Shown one piece after another: positions 23,450 through 36,479 of a stretch of 64,000 nucleotides of DNA (the first letter of the stretch is position 1; each line of letters opens with the position of its first letter). A model generated the notes under the pieces. It saw only the letters and a list, made by a program, of their open reading frames with translations. It did no database searches and was not told where the DNA came from. Made by a program: the position numbers and the translations under genes. Source of the DNA: Gracilinanus agilis (Eukaryota); assembly GCF_016433145.1 (NCBI RefSeq), contig NC_058130.1, positions 48,511,396 to 48,575,395 of the forward strand, written 5' to 3'.

Positions 23450-25205
23450 CTATTGAACACTTTTTTTTTCTGTATATGGTGATTAGATTAGTAGACCAAG
23501 GGAATGTTATAAACGGTTTGAATATTGATTACAATGAAGGATTTGATAAAATGTCTCATGTTATTTTTGTGCAGGAGAGACTAAAATGGGGGGTGGATAA
23601 CAGTATAAATGGATTCACAGCTGATCAGATGAAAATAAACTAATTAGTGGCTAGAAGTTATTAATAGGATGTTTCTTAAACCCCAACAGAGGTTCCTGTC
23701 CTTGTATCTGCCTTATTTAATATTTCTATCAACTTGGATGAAGGTACAGAAAGCAAGTTAAAGTAATTTGCATGACAAAGTTGGTAGGGATAGTGAACAG
23801 AATGTTTTACAGACCTAAGATGCAAAATATTCTTAATAGACTAGAAGGGTGGACTCAAATTAAGAAGATAATATTAAGAGGAGATAAATGCAAAGCTTTT
23901 CACTTAGATCAGTGATTCCCAAAGTGGGTGCCACCGCCCCCTTGTGGCTGCTGCAGCGATCCAGGGTGGCAGTGATGGCCACAGGTGCATTTGGTGCATA
24001 CCAACAATTCTGGCTGCAAAAGGAGATCCCTACGGCTTATCCTGAAATATGGGCTGTAATTCAAAAGTTCTTAATTGCATTTCCTTCATCATATGTAGTG
24101 GAATGTGGATTCAGTGCAGTAACCAATTTATTAACAAAAAAAAAGAAACCAATTGCAAATAGTCAATTGAGTTGATTTAAGATTACTGCTGACAAAAATA
24201 GAACTGAGGATTACTAAATTGGTAGCAGCACACCAGGTTCATCCTCATTAAGATGATTTCGAATGTTTTAACTTTTTTTGTATTATATTCTATTCTGAGT
24301 TCAATAAATAGTTTCATAATTTCAAAGTTCAATGTTTCTAATTATACCTTTCTTTACTATATTTTATGAAAAAGGTAGAAATATTAATACATATATCTTT
24401 CCTATTAATTGCTATTAAAATTAAAAAAAATTAATTTCCAAGGGGTGCTAAGTAATATTTTTTCTGGAAAGGGGGCAGTAGGCCAAAAAAGTTTGGGAAC
24501 CACTGACTTAGATTCTAACCCTCCTCTACCCCCTACCCCATAGATATAGAAGCAGGGATTACTGGATTAATTGTAAACAATAGAAAAAATTTATCTAACT
24601 ACAAGCTAAGTATAAATCAAAAGTACAGAATAGCTGCTGAGAAAACTAAGTAATTCTTAGGCTGTTCTATTAAATATATTTTTCAGAATAAGTGGAATAA
24701 CAGGCTCATATTTTGTCTCTCTGGAGTGTTGTTTTTGGTTTTAGGTCCCATAATTTAAAGGGATATTAGCAAGCTGAATTATCTTCAGAGGAGGGTGTCT
24801 AGTATGGTCAAGTGTTCTTGAAACCATATTATGTGAGGAACAATTGAAGGACATGACAATGAAAAAATTAAGACTAAGGCAGTGGAACATATGAGGTTAT
24901 CCTTGCATTTTCAGAGAGCTATCATGTGGAAAATGGAATAGGTAATTTGTATTGTTCCAGAGGTTTGGGGTAGAATTATTGGGTGAACATTATAGGGATA
25001 CAGATTATCTTTGAACATAAAGCATGTTCCAACAAACAGAATTGTTTCACATTGGTATAGGCTGATTAAAGAAGCAGTGAGCTCCCTACTAGCAGGATAA
25101 TATAAAACCAATCTCAGATGTCACCTGGCAAAGATATTATAGAAAGGATTCTTATATGTGGTAGTCTAACTGGATAACTTGCAAGCCTTAAGATTCCATG
25201 ACTTA
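23450..25205 (+). mobile_element. L3/CR1 LINE RT region and 3' end, interrupted by a hAT element
   Basis: gattagtagaccaagggaatg..gaaggatttgataaaatgtctcatg (YLDFSKAFDKVSH-like); gataaatgcaaagcttttcacttag; CR1 3' tail motifs. Confidence 0.75.
23910..24505 (+). mobile_element. Young non-autonomous hAT (Charlie/Buster group) element, 596 bp
   Basis: TIRs cagtgattcccaaagt / agtttgggaaccactg (14 of 16 complementary); perfect 8-bp TSD acttagat at 23902-23909 and 24506-24513; transposase C-terminus FWLQKEIPTAYPEIW..LIAFPSSYVVECGFSAV..DLRLLLTKIE..HQVHPH* ending at 24251. Confidence 0.93.
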
Positions 25206-25329
25206 AATTTCTTTGTAAGGAGAAAATGTAAAGGTGAAAGCTGTTGGAATGAAATATGAAATACAGAGTACTTGGGGGTATGTTTAGGTGAATCCTGGGC
25301 TGGTAATAAAACAACTTTTTCTTTAACTT

Positions 25330-27400
25330 TGCAATGCCTTCTTGTCCCTCTATTTTTCTCTCTTCTCCCAATCTGTTATTCTTGTTCTGCTTTCATTTTT
25401 CTCTCCTTACAGTCTTCACCCTATATTCACCAGGTAAACTATACTTTATCCGTTACCTCTGATTTCTTTGACCTTGGTCTTTATTGCCATTCATATACTG
25501 CCATTCCTCAACATTAGATCACTTCTATCATCAACCTTTCCCATTCCTTCTGAGTTGCTGAATGGAAGTCACACCATTATGACATCTGGATACAGTATAA
25601 TTTTATGTTACCTAATCTCATTCAATTATGGCCTCATTGTTGCACAATAATAATTTTATTCTTCTGTGATTGACTCCCTATTAGAGTCCTTTTGCAGTGG
25701 CTTTTTTAAGCCTTTCCCCCCCTTTTCTTGAAGCTTCCAATACTCTTACACTTGACCTTTCTTCAGCAGAGTTCCTTGCTTCATTGCTTTACTGAGAAAA
25801 TAAAAACCATTTTGTCAAGTTCATTTCCCCCCCAAACCATGCTTCAAAGCTCCTTTCCATCTTTACCCATCTTCTCCTATACCCTTATATCTGAGGTAGA
25901 CGTGGCCTTTCTCTTTGCCAAAACTAGACCTTCAGTCTGTGTCCTCAATCCCACCCTTTCTTTTATGAGGTTACCCTATTGTTCACTCTATATCAGTCTC
26001 TCATCTTTAACTTCTATTTGTCTATTGGCTCCACTATTTACAAACAGCAGGATTATCCCAAACTCAGACCCACACCCCAAATCCTTTACTTAGCCATGCT
26101 ACCCTCTCAAACTATTATCCCATGTCTTTCCTCTCTCTCTGAAAAAAAAAATCTTTGGGAAATAATTTATATTTACCATCTCCACTGCTTCCCTACCTAC
26201 TTAAAAATTCCTTCAGATCTAGTTTTTCACCCCCCCCCAAAATTTAAAAAATGATTACAATGATTACAAAAAAATAATCCAAGATTACAAAATATTTTAA
26301 ATGGCTAAATCTGATAGCTTTTTCACATTTGCCCATTCTCATTACTTCTTGACCTCATTATCTTAAATATGTTACATATGTTTTTTAAAATATCACTTTC
26401 ATTTCTAAATATATCCCTCCTTTGTACATAGTCTATCTCTTGAAATGAAGAATAAAATAGAAAAAGGAAAAGAAGGACAGGCAAAACCAGTAAACATATC
26501 TTCAGCCTTGCCCAGAAGGTATATGCACTATTTCACATTTTCAATCTTCCATTAAGGCAATAAAAGCAGTGAAATACACTTTCCCAACTCATATATGGAA
26601 CCAAGATTGGTTATTTTAATTTCTTTGCATTCAAAATTTTTTTATCCTTTCTATTTCATTATTGTAACTGTGTATATAATTTCACTGGTCCTGCTTATTT
26701 TGTATCGGTTCACATAAGCCATCTCATGCTTATCTGAATCCTTTCTATTTAGCATTCCTTTTGGTGCTCTCTCTGTACTGTCAAATGTTAGCCAACTCAC
26801 TCCTCTTTGATACTTTTTCCTTCCATTGGCTTCTATGACATTGATCTTCCCTAATTCTTCCACCTCTGGGACTGTTCCTTTTTATTGACCTTTTCTGGAT
26901 TATCATCCACTTTATACTCTTTTCCTGTGTGTGAAAGTTCTCAGGGTTCTGTCCCAGATTCTCCTTTTTTCCTCTGGCTGCATGCCTTCTAGGAGAATTC
27001 ATCAAATTCTATATGCTCAATTATCTTCTCCTTGCAGATGACTCCCCATAATATGTATCTGTCCCTGATCCCATTACTGAAATCTTGTCATGCATCACCA
27101 ACTTCCTCCTGGATGTCCCATAGGTTTAAAAAACCCAGTGTTCAAAATTAAATTCACAAAATTAAATCTTCCCATAAACATACGTTTCTCTGAGCTTGAC
27201 TATTTTTTTTCCTGAGGGTATCATCATTTCCCTAGTCACTCAGGTTTGTGACTGGAGATAATCTTCCTTCATCCTCTCCTCATTCCTCACCTCTTGCCCA
27301 AGGGCAGGGACTAGCTTTTTGCCTTTCTTTGTATCCTCAGTGTCTGGCATGGAGTAGTAGCTGAATAAATGCTTATTGACTGATAATTAACTATTAAAAC
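25330..27400 (+). mobile_element. Long fragmented L2 with an embedded L1 piece (about 26370-26740, minus)
   Basis: Pyrimidine-rich L2 ORF2/3' motifs ending ...tgtctggcatggagtagtagctgaataaatgcttattgactgat. Confidence 0.7.
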
Positions 27401-28549
27401 AATGTCCTTGCTTCCAGGTTCTTTGCCCAACTCCAACAAAATTCCCAAGTTAATCTTCCAGCGATTGATCTCTGACCATTTCACTACTGTGCCCCCAAAT
27501 CTCCAGTGGCTTCCTATTGTCTTGAGGATCAAATGCAAATTCCTTAACCTGGTATTTCCATCCTCAGACCCCCCTCATTTATTAAGTACCTGTCATGTCA
27601 AAGGTGCTTAGGAAAGTATAAAAATGAGATCGTTCCTGCTTTCAAGAAATGTACATTCTATTGGAATTCACTGGGTCACATGGTCTTGTGTAAGCTTGCC
27701 AGCTACAAAATCAGACATCATTCTTATCTCTGTAATAACCTGCTCCTGGTGACCAGAGCAGATGATCCATGATGGAGATAGTACTTCTACTGTCAACTTT
27801 CACATAAACTAATTATTTTCATTTAGAAGATAGTGTGGTCGTAGCAGAAAATAGCATTTCTCCATTGTTCTACCCAAATGGTTCTTTCCTTCCACTACAT
27901 GCTTGTGTCCTAGTGGTCTTTCGATGTCTTCATGTTTGACAGCCAGATCCAATGACTGAAAGGCTGACAAAGCTTTTGCATAGTAAATGTTGATCTGTTT
28001 ACTTCATGAGATAAAAGATGACATTTGTATAGTGCTTTCAGATTTGCAAAGCTTTTCATATGGATTAATTTGCTTTTCACAATAAACTTTTGATGTAGGT
28101 AAGAAACTAATTACTTTTCCAGTCTTATCTCATGCTATTGGTCTTCACACACTAGGTGGCAGGCAAACTGGACTAATACATTTTTCTAAAACTGGACAGT
28201 CCATTTTTTAGACTATACATCTACTCATATAAGTCTCATACTTGTCTACTCATATTTGTCTCATACTTGGAAAGCACCACCTACTCATTTATGTTTTTCT
28301 GTATCCTTGTCTTTCTTCAAGGTTTAACTCAGGTGCTATTTCTTCCAAGAAGCCTATAATCTACTCTTCTATTCCCTTCTTACTATTCTTTTAATACTTT
28401 AACCAATGTGTGCCTCACTCCCCTTGATACCACTCCTCTATGTATGTTTATTTTCCTTATAGGTATGAAATATTCATGAAGCCAGGGTTTGTCTTTACTT
28501 TTTAAATTTTTGTCCCCTGTGCTTGGTATATAGTAAACACTTAAAATGC

Positions 28550-28740
28550 ATTTTTCTTCCCTCATTCTGTCCCTCCCTTCATTTGTCTTCCCTTTCTTTC
28601 CTTTCCTTTCTTTCTTCCTTCCTTCCTTTCATCCTTTGTTCCTTTCCTCCATCCTTTGTTCCTTCCTTCAATCCTTTGTTACTTCCTTTCTTCTCTCTCT
28701 CCTGCCTTCCTTCCTTCTTTTCTGCTTCTTTCCCCACATT
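28550..28740. repeat. (CCTT/CTTT)n low-complexity tract
   Basis: Degenerate ccttc/ctttc repeats; source of the ORFs at 28523-28953. Confidence 0.85.
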
Positions 28741-29529
28741 TACTAGCATGTTCTCCCTCCTCACTTCTACATATACTTCTGCACATGTTGCTTCTCTCCA
28801 ATGGGATATAGTCCTTAATTCTGTGGGCCATTTTATTTTTTCCGTTGCATCCCCAGAGCCTAGCATGGTTCCATGTACATAAAGGGCTATAGAAATTTTG
28901 TTGAATTGAATTTTTTTTGAGTCTTTGCTATTCCTTGATCTCTTTCTTCTCATGGCTGGTTAGAAGCTTAGATGATGGTATATGTGTTGAGTTTTCACAA
29001 GGGTCTGTATGCTTTGGGCACAGTTGGTACTCATTAAACATAGATGCTGACCACACGCAGCGTCTGTATTGAGGCACTGAGGGAAGTGGCAAAAGATATC
29101 CTTTTTGAAGAATTTTGAACCATAAGAAGAATAAAGGAAAATAGAATGATGCTACTTACAAAGATGAGATGGATACAAATGTAAAGTCAATATAAGAAAC
29201 ATTAAGGCACAGGTGATTAAGAGCCATTTGATTTGTCAGGGAGACCTAGGTTCAAGTTTTTCTGATGATATATACTGTTTGTATAACTATGGGCCAGTCA
29301 TTTGCTCAGTACCCCAGGCAATTCTCTAAGACTATAAAGTACAGAGCAGTTGTCAATCTGAACTGGTAAAAAGAATGACTTGATTGGATATTTGAAAGTT
29401 CTCTATGCATATAAACTTACAGTTTCAGGATCAAGTAAAAATAAAATTAAATAAAATTTAAAAAATCTCACAAGTGCCCAGAAGCAGGAACTCTATCTGG
29501 AGATCTATGTTATGGCTAATCAATGGCAT

Positions 29530-29790
29530 TCTGTACGTTTACTGATATGCCTTCTTCTGCCAATGCAGGTCTCTGGCTAGTATCTCATTCTTGCTCCATA
29601 AATGAAGCCGATGAATTGAGTGGCAAAATGTTTCATTAGAAAGGAGACCATATAATACTAGACTTTCCCAAATTTGATTATGGAATGCTTCTAGTTTGAA
29701 GTATAGTGATGAGACACAGATTCTGATGTGGGTGGTATGGAATACCATTAAGGACAAAGTTGGCACAGGTAAATCTTGCATAAAAAGAGA
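29530..29790 (-). mobile_element. RTE LINE post-RT fragment
   Basis: Minus translation VPTLSLM..HIR..FKLEAFHNQ matches the RTE PTLLYGCE..KLEAFHNRCL region. Confidence 0.65.
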
Positions 29791-30604
29791 GGGAGTAGGA
29801 CCCATTTTTATATAAAAAGTCTGTATTTGAGGATGTATTTCTTTGAAAATATGCAATTTCATAGATTACCTCTATATACATGCATGCATACATATATACA
29901 TATAAATACATGTATATATCTTTATAAGCATTCTGGTGTGATAGAGTTCTGGGTTGAGAGTTAGGAAGACTTGGATTGACATTTCCCAACTATGTGACCC
30001 AGCCCAAAGTATGTGGCCTACATGCACTTCACAAACTCTGTAAGACCTGCCTTATATTTGGGGGAGGGGCAGATGGGATGTGCAGATGAGGCTCAGCATT
30101 CCTTAGCCTTGGGAACTTGTGGGATCATTGCTTTAGGACTGTAAGGAGCCTCAGAGGCTATCTAATTGATTCCTTTCATGTTACAGGCAAAGAGACTGAG
30201 ATTCTGAGAGGATATATAAATTTTTTGTGGTCATTAACATAGTAAGTGGTAGAACTGGGATTTCAACCTAATCCAGTGTCCTTTTCACTCTACCATGAAG
30301 TCAAGGAAGCCACCTTGACCAATACAGATTGGTAGTTGTTCTGTAACTTAGAGTCTTAGAGTTACTGGGACACTGAGGAAGTAAGCTCTATCTCCTCAGT
30401 TATAAAAGTATTGCTATTTAAGTTGGCAGAGGGAGTTTAGGGAATTCCCAATGCTGTTAAAATCACAAATTCTTTGAAAGCATAATTTCTTATTTGTTGT
30501 TATATGTGGAAAACTATTGGTAATGTACACCTTTTCTTATTGAACCCTTATTTTTGAATAAGAGACCGGTTAAGCGATATTTTCTTAGAGGTGTATTTAT
30601 ACTG

Positions 30605-30638
30605 TATCTTCCTCCCTCCCTCTCTCTCCTTCCCCCTA

Positions 30639-30697
<59 letters not shown>

Positions 30698-30850
30698 NNN
30701 NCTCTTCCTCCTTCCCCCTGTCTCTGTCTCTCTCCCCCTTCTTCTCTCTCCTCATCCCTTTCTTTCTCTGCCTCCCTTTCTCTCTGTCTCATTCTCTGTC
30801 TTTGTCTCTCTGTCTCTTTCTTTCTCTTCTTTCTGTTTCTCTCTCCCTCT
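30605..30850. repeat. (CT)n microsatellite and CT-rich tract containing an assembly gap (NNNN at 30698-30701)
   Basis: Direct reading. Confidence 0.95.
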
Positions 30851-33019
30851 CACTCTACCATATCACTCTGCTTTTATGCATATGTGTACACAATATGCAT
30901 ACCATATATACATACATAAATGTATGTTCTCTATATATTAGACACACATGTGAACATGAAATCTGAGAAAAATTCTGGACCTGAAATACTCTAATTCTCT
31001 TGTCTCAACAAGCTTAGCTTTTATGTTTACAAGAGCTCCCAGCATCCCTGGCTTTTAAAGATGCCATGTGGAAGACCAGCCAACCACAAACAGTCTTCTT
31101 TGTTGTTCGGAGGACTTTGCTTTCAAAAGCTTTTGGAAAAATGCATGTAGCTGAACAATGAGGTAGTGCTGACCCCAAAGTGCTCCTGATCCAAGTGAAC
31201 ATTCATCCAGAGCCTCAGGAGAAAGAAGACAGGCAAACTGCACACTTAATTATTAATAAAGGCAGGTGTCTCTGACAGGTCAAGTGGAACACACTCCTCC
31301 TTGGTGAGGTTTCAAAAGAGCAAGTTGTTGAATTCGAAGAGCTGGAATCATAGATGTTTCTTCGTGTTTGCTTATACCTTTATAGTTACTCTTTGTGACT
31401 GTAACATATTGGAGAGAGCACTGATTGGATAAGTCAGAGACCGGGGTTCAAATCACAGCTTTGCGACCTGTGTGACATATAAACTATTTAATTTCTATAA
31501 GCCTCAGTTTCCTGATTTGTATAGCAAAAGGATTTGTCTAAATGACCTAAGATCCCTTTTAACTCTAAATCCAGGGAATAGGTTCTGTAGGACAGCTCCC
31601 TACTTCCCCCACTGGAAATTTCCCCATTAAGTTTCCATCACGTAAATTGTCTTGGCTTCCTTCTCTTCCCTTTCCCTTTTCTTATTCCTCCTTTATTCCA
31701 GCCCCCTTCCCTCTCTTTTATCAATTTCTTTTTAAAAAATCTGTATTAGTTCCCAATACCACTCTCCAATCTGTCCTCTCATGAAACAAAAGAAAGCAAT
31801 TAATTGAAACACATGGGTACAATGAAAATATCTGATAAGGAACAATGTTAAGGCAAATGCATAGCATAATAGATATAGCTCTGGTGTCAAGATCAGTTAT
31901 TAGATTTGTCAGCTTTTTCCCAGAGTCTCTGACTTTAGGGATCTCTCTCCCAAAAGAATATGGAACCTCATTTTTTTTTTGAAGCCAGAAGGTCAGGAAC
32001 TTTCCTCTTTCAAGCTTTCATCAACTCCACCCTCCTCACAGATTCGAAGGCTTGAGAAATCCATCTCCACCAATAAGGAGATTCTTAAGCAAATAGGCTT
32101 TGAACCTGAGTTATATATTTTATTGAAATCTTTTTAGTTGTTTAAAAAATTCTTTAAGTCCTTAACCCCACCTCCACCCCCAATTTTTTCATAGTCATTC
32201 TGTATGTTGTTCTTTTGGCTTTGCTTTCTTCACTTTGTATTAGTTCATATAAATCTTTCATTATACAATATTTTGCTGCCATCAATCTATAGGGATTTCT
32301 CCTGCTGATGTCCCTGGTGTTTATTCCATTTCTTCCTTCTTCAGTAATCCCCATTCCTGTTGCTCCAACCCTCACTGATCTGTCTTCTGCAGAATAGTCT
32401 ATGTGACCATTTTAAAGACCCATCTGTTTTATTACAGTTGAAGGGATATGAATCATCCAGTGTAAAATGTATACTGATTAGGAAGTGACAAGCATACTAC
32501 CTCATATTATCACATTACCTTTGTAATTTCAAAGCATTAGCTAATCTCTTCCAGGTCCTTCGTTTTTATTTTTATTATTTCTGTTTTCCTCTCAGTTCTT
32601 GGCGTCCTTCTTTAGATCTGACCCTTAGAGTGACTCTCCTTTCTTGCTAGTTTATTTCTTTTCCTCTTGCAGTTTAAGACTAAGCTCATTTCAGTTGTCT
32701 TGATCTTTGGAAAAACTGGTTTCTTTTTTTTCTGGGATTTAGGTCCTGTTGGTTTCTTCTAGTACCTAGAAGCCCTACTAGCTCATGAAGATCTCCTACC
32801 CTTTCCTCCAGAAATTCTTTCCAATAATCTGTTGAAGGGACAGAATCCTTCCAATTTGAACTAGGTTTATCACACTCCCTCCTGTCCCCCAGCCCCCCAC
32901 TTCTATATTCTTTTTTCCTCTCAAATTCCAAGGTTCCTTTCCTTTCTCCCAGTCCTCCTCTCAGAGCCTCATCTTCACAGAGTTTCTGTTGGCCAGCAAT
33001 AATAAATAAATGGGATTTA

Positions 33020-33515
33020 TATAGCACATTAAGGTTTGGAAAATCCTTTGCTAATAGTATCTAATTTTGTACCTGTGACATCCTTGGACTTTAGATTTTA
33101 TTATTACCATTTTCCAGATGAGAAAACTGGGGCAAACATAAGTTAAATGATTTACTCAGGGTCACATAGCTAGTGTCAGAGGTAGGAACTGAATTTAGGC
33201 ATTCCTAACTCCCATTCTGGCACTCTATCCATTGAGCCACCTAGCTGCATAGGTTGTTGTTTAGTCGTTTCTGACTCTTTTTGACCACATTTGGAGTTTT
33301 CTTGACAGAAATACTCAGTGTTTACTATTCCTTCTCCAGCTCATTTTACAGATGAAGAAACTGAGGCAAACAGGGTTAAGTGACTTGCCTACAATAAGTA
33401 AGTAAGACTTGCTCAGACTACTAGTAAATGTTTGAAGTCAGATTTAAACTCAGGAAAATGAATCTTCATGACTTCAGGTTCACATCTCTATCCACTATGC
33501 CACCTAGTTGTCCAT
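33020..33515 (-). mobile_element. Adjacent CORE-SINEs: MIR-like (about 33020-33250) and MAR1 (about 33252-33515)
   Basis: Two reverse tRNA heads (ctctatccattgagccacctagctgc; ctctatccactatgccacctagttg); MAR1 tail gttgttgtttagtcgtttctgactc. Confidence 0.8.
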
Positions 33516-33879
33516 TTGCTTAGGTACTCTAAAGCAATAAACCATGCAGCTTTGGTACGGTTTATCTTTGTTTCCCTTTTTACCTAATGGAGAATTTAAA
33601 CTAAATCTCATATAAAACTCAGCTCAACACCACCTTCTTTAATGAACCCTTTCCTGAATCCTCCAGCTTCTAGTGCCCTCCATCCCTGCCTTCTTTGTGC
33701 TTGACATTTCTTCTTTCTAGCCTTATATCTGTCCATTGGATAGAACAAATATTCCTTGAGAGCAAAGATTACTTCATTTTTGCCTTTGTGTCCCCGGCAC
33801 ACAGCAGAAATCCTCGATGATTGATTTATCATTCATTTATTTAAGAAACATTTATTGAGCACTTGCTGTGAGGGCAGCC

Positions 33880-34420
33880 ATCTGGATGGCTTTCCTAAAC
33901 GTGCACAAGGTGCATCTTTGGTGTTGAAAAAACAGCCAGGGGGCAAGCCCTCCACTGGCTGCCAGTTTTACCTGCCTGATGTGTTCAGAAGCCTAGGTAG
34001 CCCCTAGTTTCTTTGGGAGCTCATCTGGAGCGAGAATGCCAGAAAGCCATTTTTCTCTTCTCCCCAAGCCATCACGGGGATGTGATTGGGCTGCAGGGGA
34101 ACGTTTCTAGTCTCCCGGGAGACGACTTGCCGTTTTCCTGGTCTTCTCTCAATAACCACCCATTTTCTATAAGGTCCCCTTCACTATTGTAAGAAAGTGT
34201 TTTACAATGGCAGGAAATGGGCCTTGCATGCAGTAGCCGGGAGAAGATGGAGCTGGCAATTTAAAATGCTGAGCAGCAATTTCACCGAGGCCGGCCGGCT
34301 GACAAGCGAGAGATGAATGGATGCCTCCAGCGCCTTCCTTCACCAATCACGCTGAAACGCTCTGTCCAGGATTTTTCGGAACATCCCAGGACTCCACCGG
34401 CAGGTGGCACTGCAGTTTCA
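33880..34420. promoter_or_regulatory. CpG-enriched promoter/enhancer-like region with two CCAAT boxes
   Basis: About 18 CpGs counted by eye in about 0.5 kb against a very CpG-poor background; gtgattggg near 34082-34090; caccaatcacg at 34341-34351; not explained by a repeat I recognise. Confidence 0.55.
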
Positions 34421-35127
34421 AAAGATGATAGGGGTGGGGGGTGGGGGGTGGAAAGAATAAAGAAATCAAAGCAAAGCAAGAAATTCTGCCCCTCATCCCC
34501 TTTTTGAGGGAGGAAGAGGAGAAACCGGACCCAGGAAAGACAAGATCATAAGCATTCTTATTAGATGCCTCCCCAATTAGACAAGCCCTTCCTGATCAAA
34601 GGAGAGTGCACTCAAGGAAATCTATTTGTAGATATAGTTAACATGGGTATTTTTGGGAGAAATAAATGAAGACAAGTGTGGGAAAGGAGGTCCCTGGGTA
34701 CAGAGTGGGCTTCTTCTCTGGACCCTCTNCCTCCAGCGCCTTCCTTCACCAATCACGCGGAAAAGCTCTGTCCAGGATTTTTCCGAACATTCCAGGACTC
34801 GACCGGCAGGTGGCACTGCAGTTTCAAAAGATGATAGGGGGGGGGGGTGGAAAGAATAAAGAAATCAAAGCAAAGCAAGAAATTCTGCCCCTCATCCCCT
34901 TTTTGAGGGAGGAAGAGGAGAAACCGGACCCAGGAAAGACAAGATCATAAGCATTCTTATTAGATGCCTCCCCAATTAGGCAAGCCCTTCCTGATCAAAG
35001 GAGAGTGCACTCAAGGAAATCTATTTGTAGATATAGTTAACATGGGTATTTTTGGGAGAAATAAATGAAGACAAGTGTGGGAAAGGAGGTCCCTGGGTAC
35101 AGAGTGGGCTTCTTCTCTGGACCCTCT
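34324..35127 (+). repeat. About 400-bp direct tandem duplication separated by a single N
   Basis: Copy 1 at 34324-34728, N at 34729, copy 2 at 34730-35127; near identical. Confidence 0.95.
34397..34411 (+). promoter_or_regulatory. CTCF-like motif
   Basis: ccggcaggtggcact fits the CC(A/G)SYAGRKGGCRSY core; second copy at 34803-34817 in the duplicate. Confidence 0.6.
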
Positions 35128-36479
35128 CTCTTGGAAATCTCTCTTAGCTTCTCTTCCTCTCACTATTTTTTTTTTTCTTTTCTCCTTTGTCCCTTCTTCC
35201 CCTGCCCCTTTCTGTCCATTCATTTCCAGTTCCCTATGACTAGCCATCATTAAGTAACTTCTCTAGGAGGCATCTAAGCCCTCTCTTGCCTTGCCTTCCC
35301 TTGCCTTGCCTTCCCATGAAATCAATAGACTAGATTTCTGAAATCGCTTCCAGCTCTGAAACGCTGTGATTCCACATTAGCAAATAGTTCATGATCCTTC
35401 AGGCCCCAAACTCATTAGTTCGGACCCGAGTTGTTCTTTTAAGCCACAGACAGGATCCCTCAGGGACATGACGATCCTAGGTAAGCAGCTGAGCAACGAT
35501 GATTAATGTACTTAGACAGTGGCGCCCCAAACCTTGGAAGCATTTTCCTTCAACAGACAGTAAAAAAGAAATAGCCAGATAAGTGAGGCTGTGCAGAATC
35601 ACTGCTTGGTGTTTAATTTGGCAGCCCATAGCTCATTTTAATTATACTGAAACAATTATCTCTGGCGTACAGCTGGGCTTGTCTAAACACAACTTGTGAG
35701 TCATTCTTACACACTTGAATACATCAGGCAGGGCTTGGAAGAAAGGACATGCTGCCATGTGTCATGTAGAGGGGACACAATGGCTGGGATCTGGTAATGG
35801 CAGGCTCCAGAGTTGAAAGGGAAGATTGATTTAGGGGTATTGTCCCTTTCTCTCTAAGGGGAGCATCTCTAGCTATTGAAGCCGGGAACTGACAAATTTC
35901 TGGACAACTCGCAGCCAGTAGTTGTCAGGATTGAAGGAGTGAGTCTGAAATTTGTGACATCAAATTCTCATTTAGCTGGCGTCTTAGGGTAATAGAAGCA
36001 AGCCGCTGTTGGAGGTCAGAAGGGAGAAGAGAGGGGAAGATCAATGACTTCTTTAGAAGCTTAGGAGTAGACTTAAGGTTTAGCAAAGTCCTAAAGTCAG
36101 CATTACCTTATTTCTGTCTCCCTCTTCGGATGCCTTCAATGCCCACGCCTCATTTTCTGTTTACCTCTGTGCTACTTAGAGATGGAACTAGCAGTTTTGA
36201 GGCAAGTACCTCCTTATACCCTAGGGCAAGTAGATGAAAGATACTTTCAAATCAATTTGTTAAGATAAATTCAATTGATGAGAAAGACTTCAGTACCTCA
36301 ATATACAGAGCATCTGTCACATTTGTATCCCCAGGACATCATCCTATCTTATGAGATACAGACACCCAGACCCACTAGAAAAGGGATGGTAAGGAATTAA
36401 TTTGGGGTGCTACTTACAGGGGGATTCCTATTTTTAATTAATCATTCTTGTGAAGTGCCTGGAGAATTTTCCCCATAAA

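Noticed and set aside
28149-28162. CTCF-like acactaggtggcag
   Set aside because: First core C is mismatched, there is no CpG context, and it may be the end of a decayed hAT MITE.
28220-28269. 25-bp tandem duplication with two mismatches
   Set aside because: Ordinary slippage duplication with no array or spacer structure.
28523-28953. Three overlapping ORFs up to 124 aa
   Set aside because: Products of (CCTT)n low complexity.
30514-30941. SL/ER-repeat ORFs
   Set aside because: (CT)n microsatellite plus assembly gap.
35468-35500. ATG ACG ATC CTA GGT (MTILG) resembles the start of IL7R
   Set aside because: The sequence diverges immediately (KQLSNDD*) and no other IL7R exons are present.
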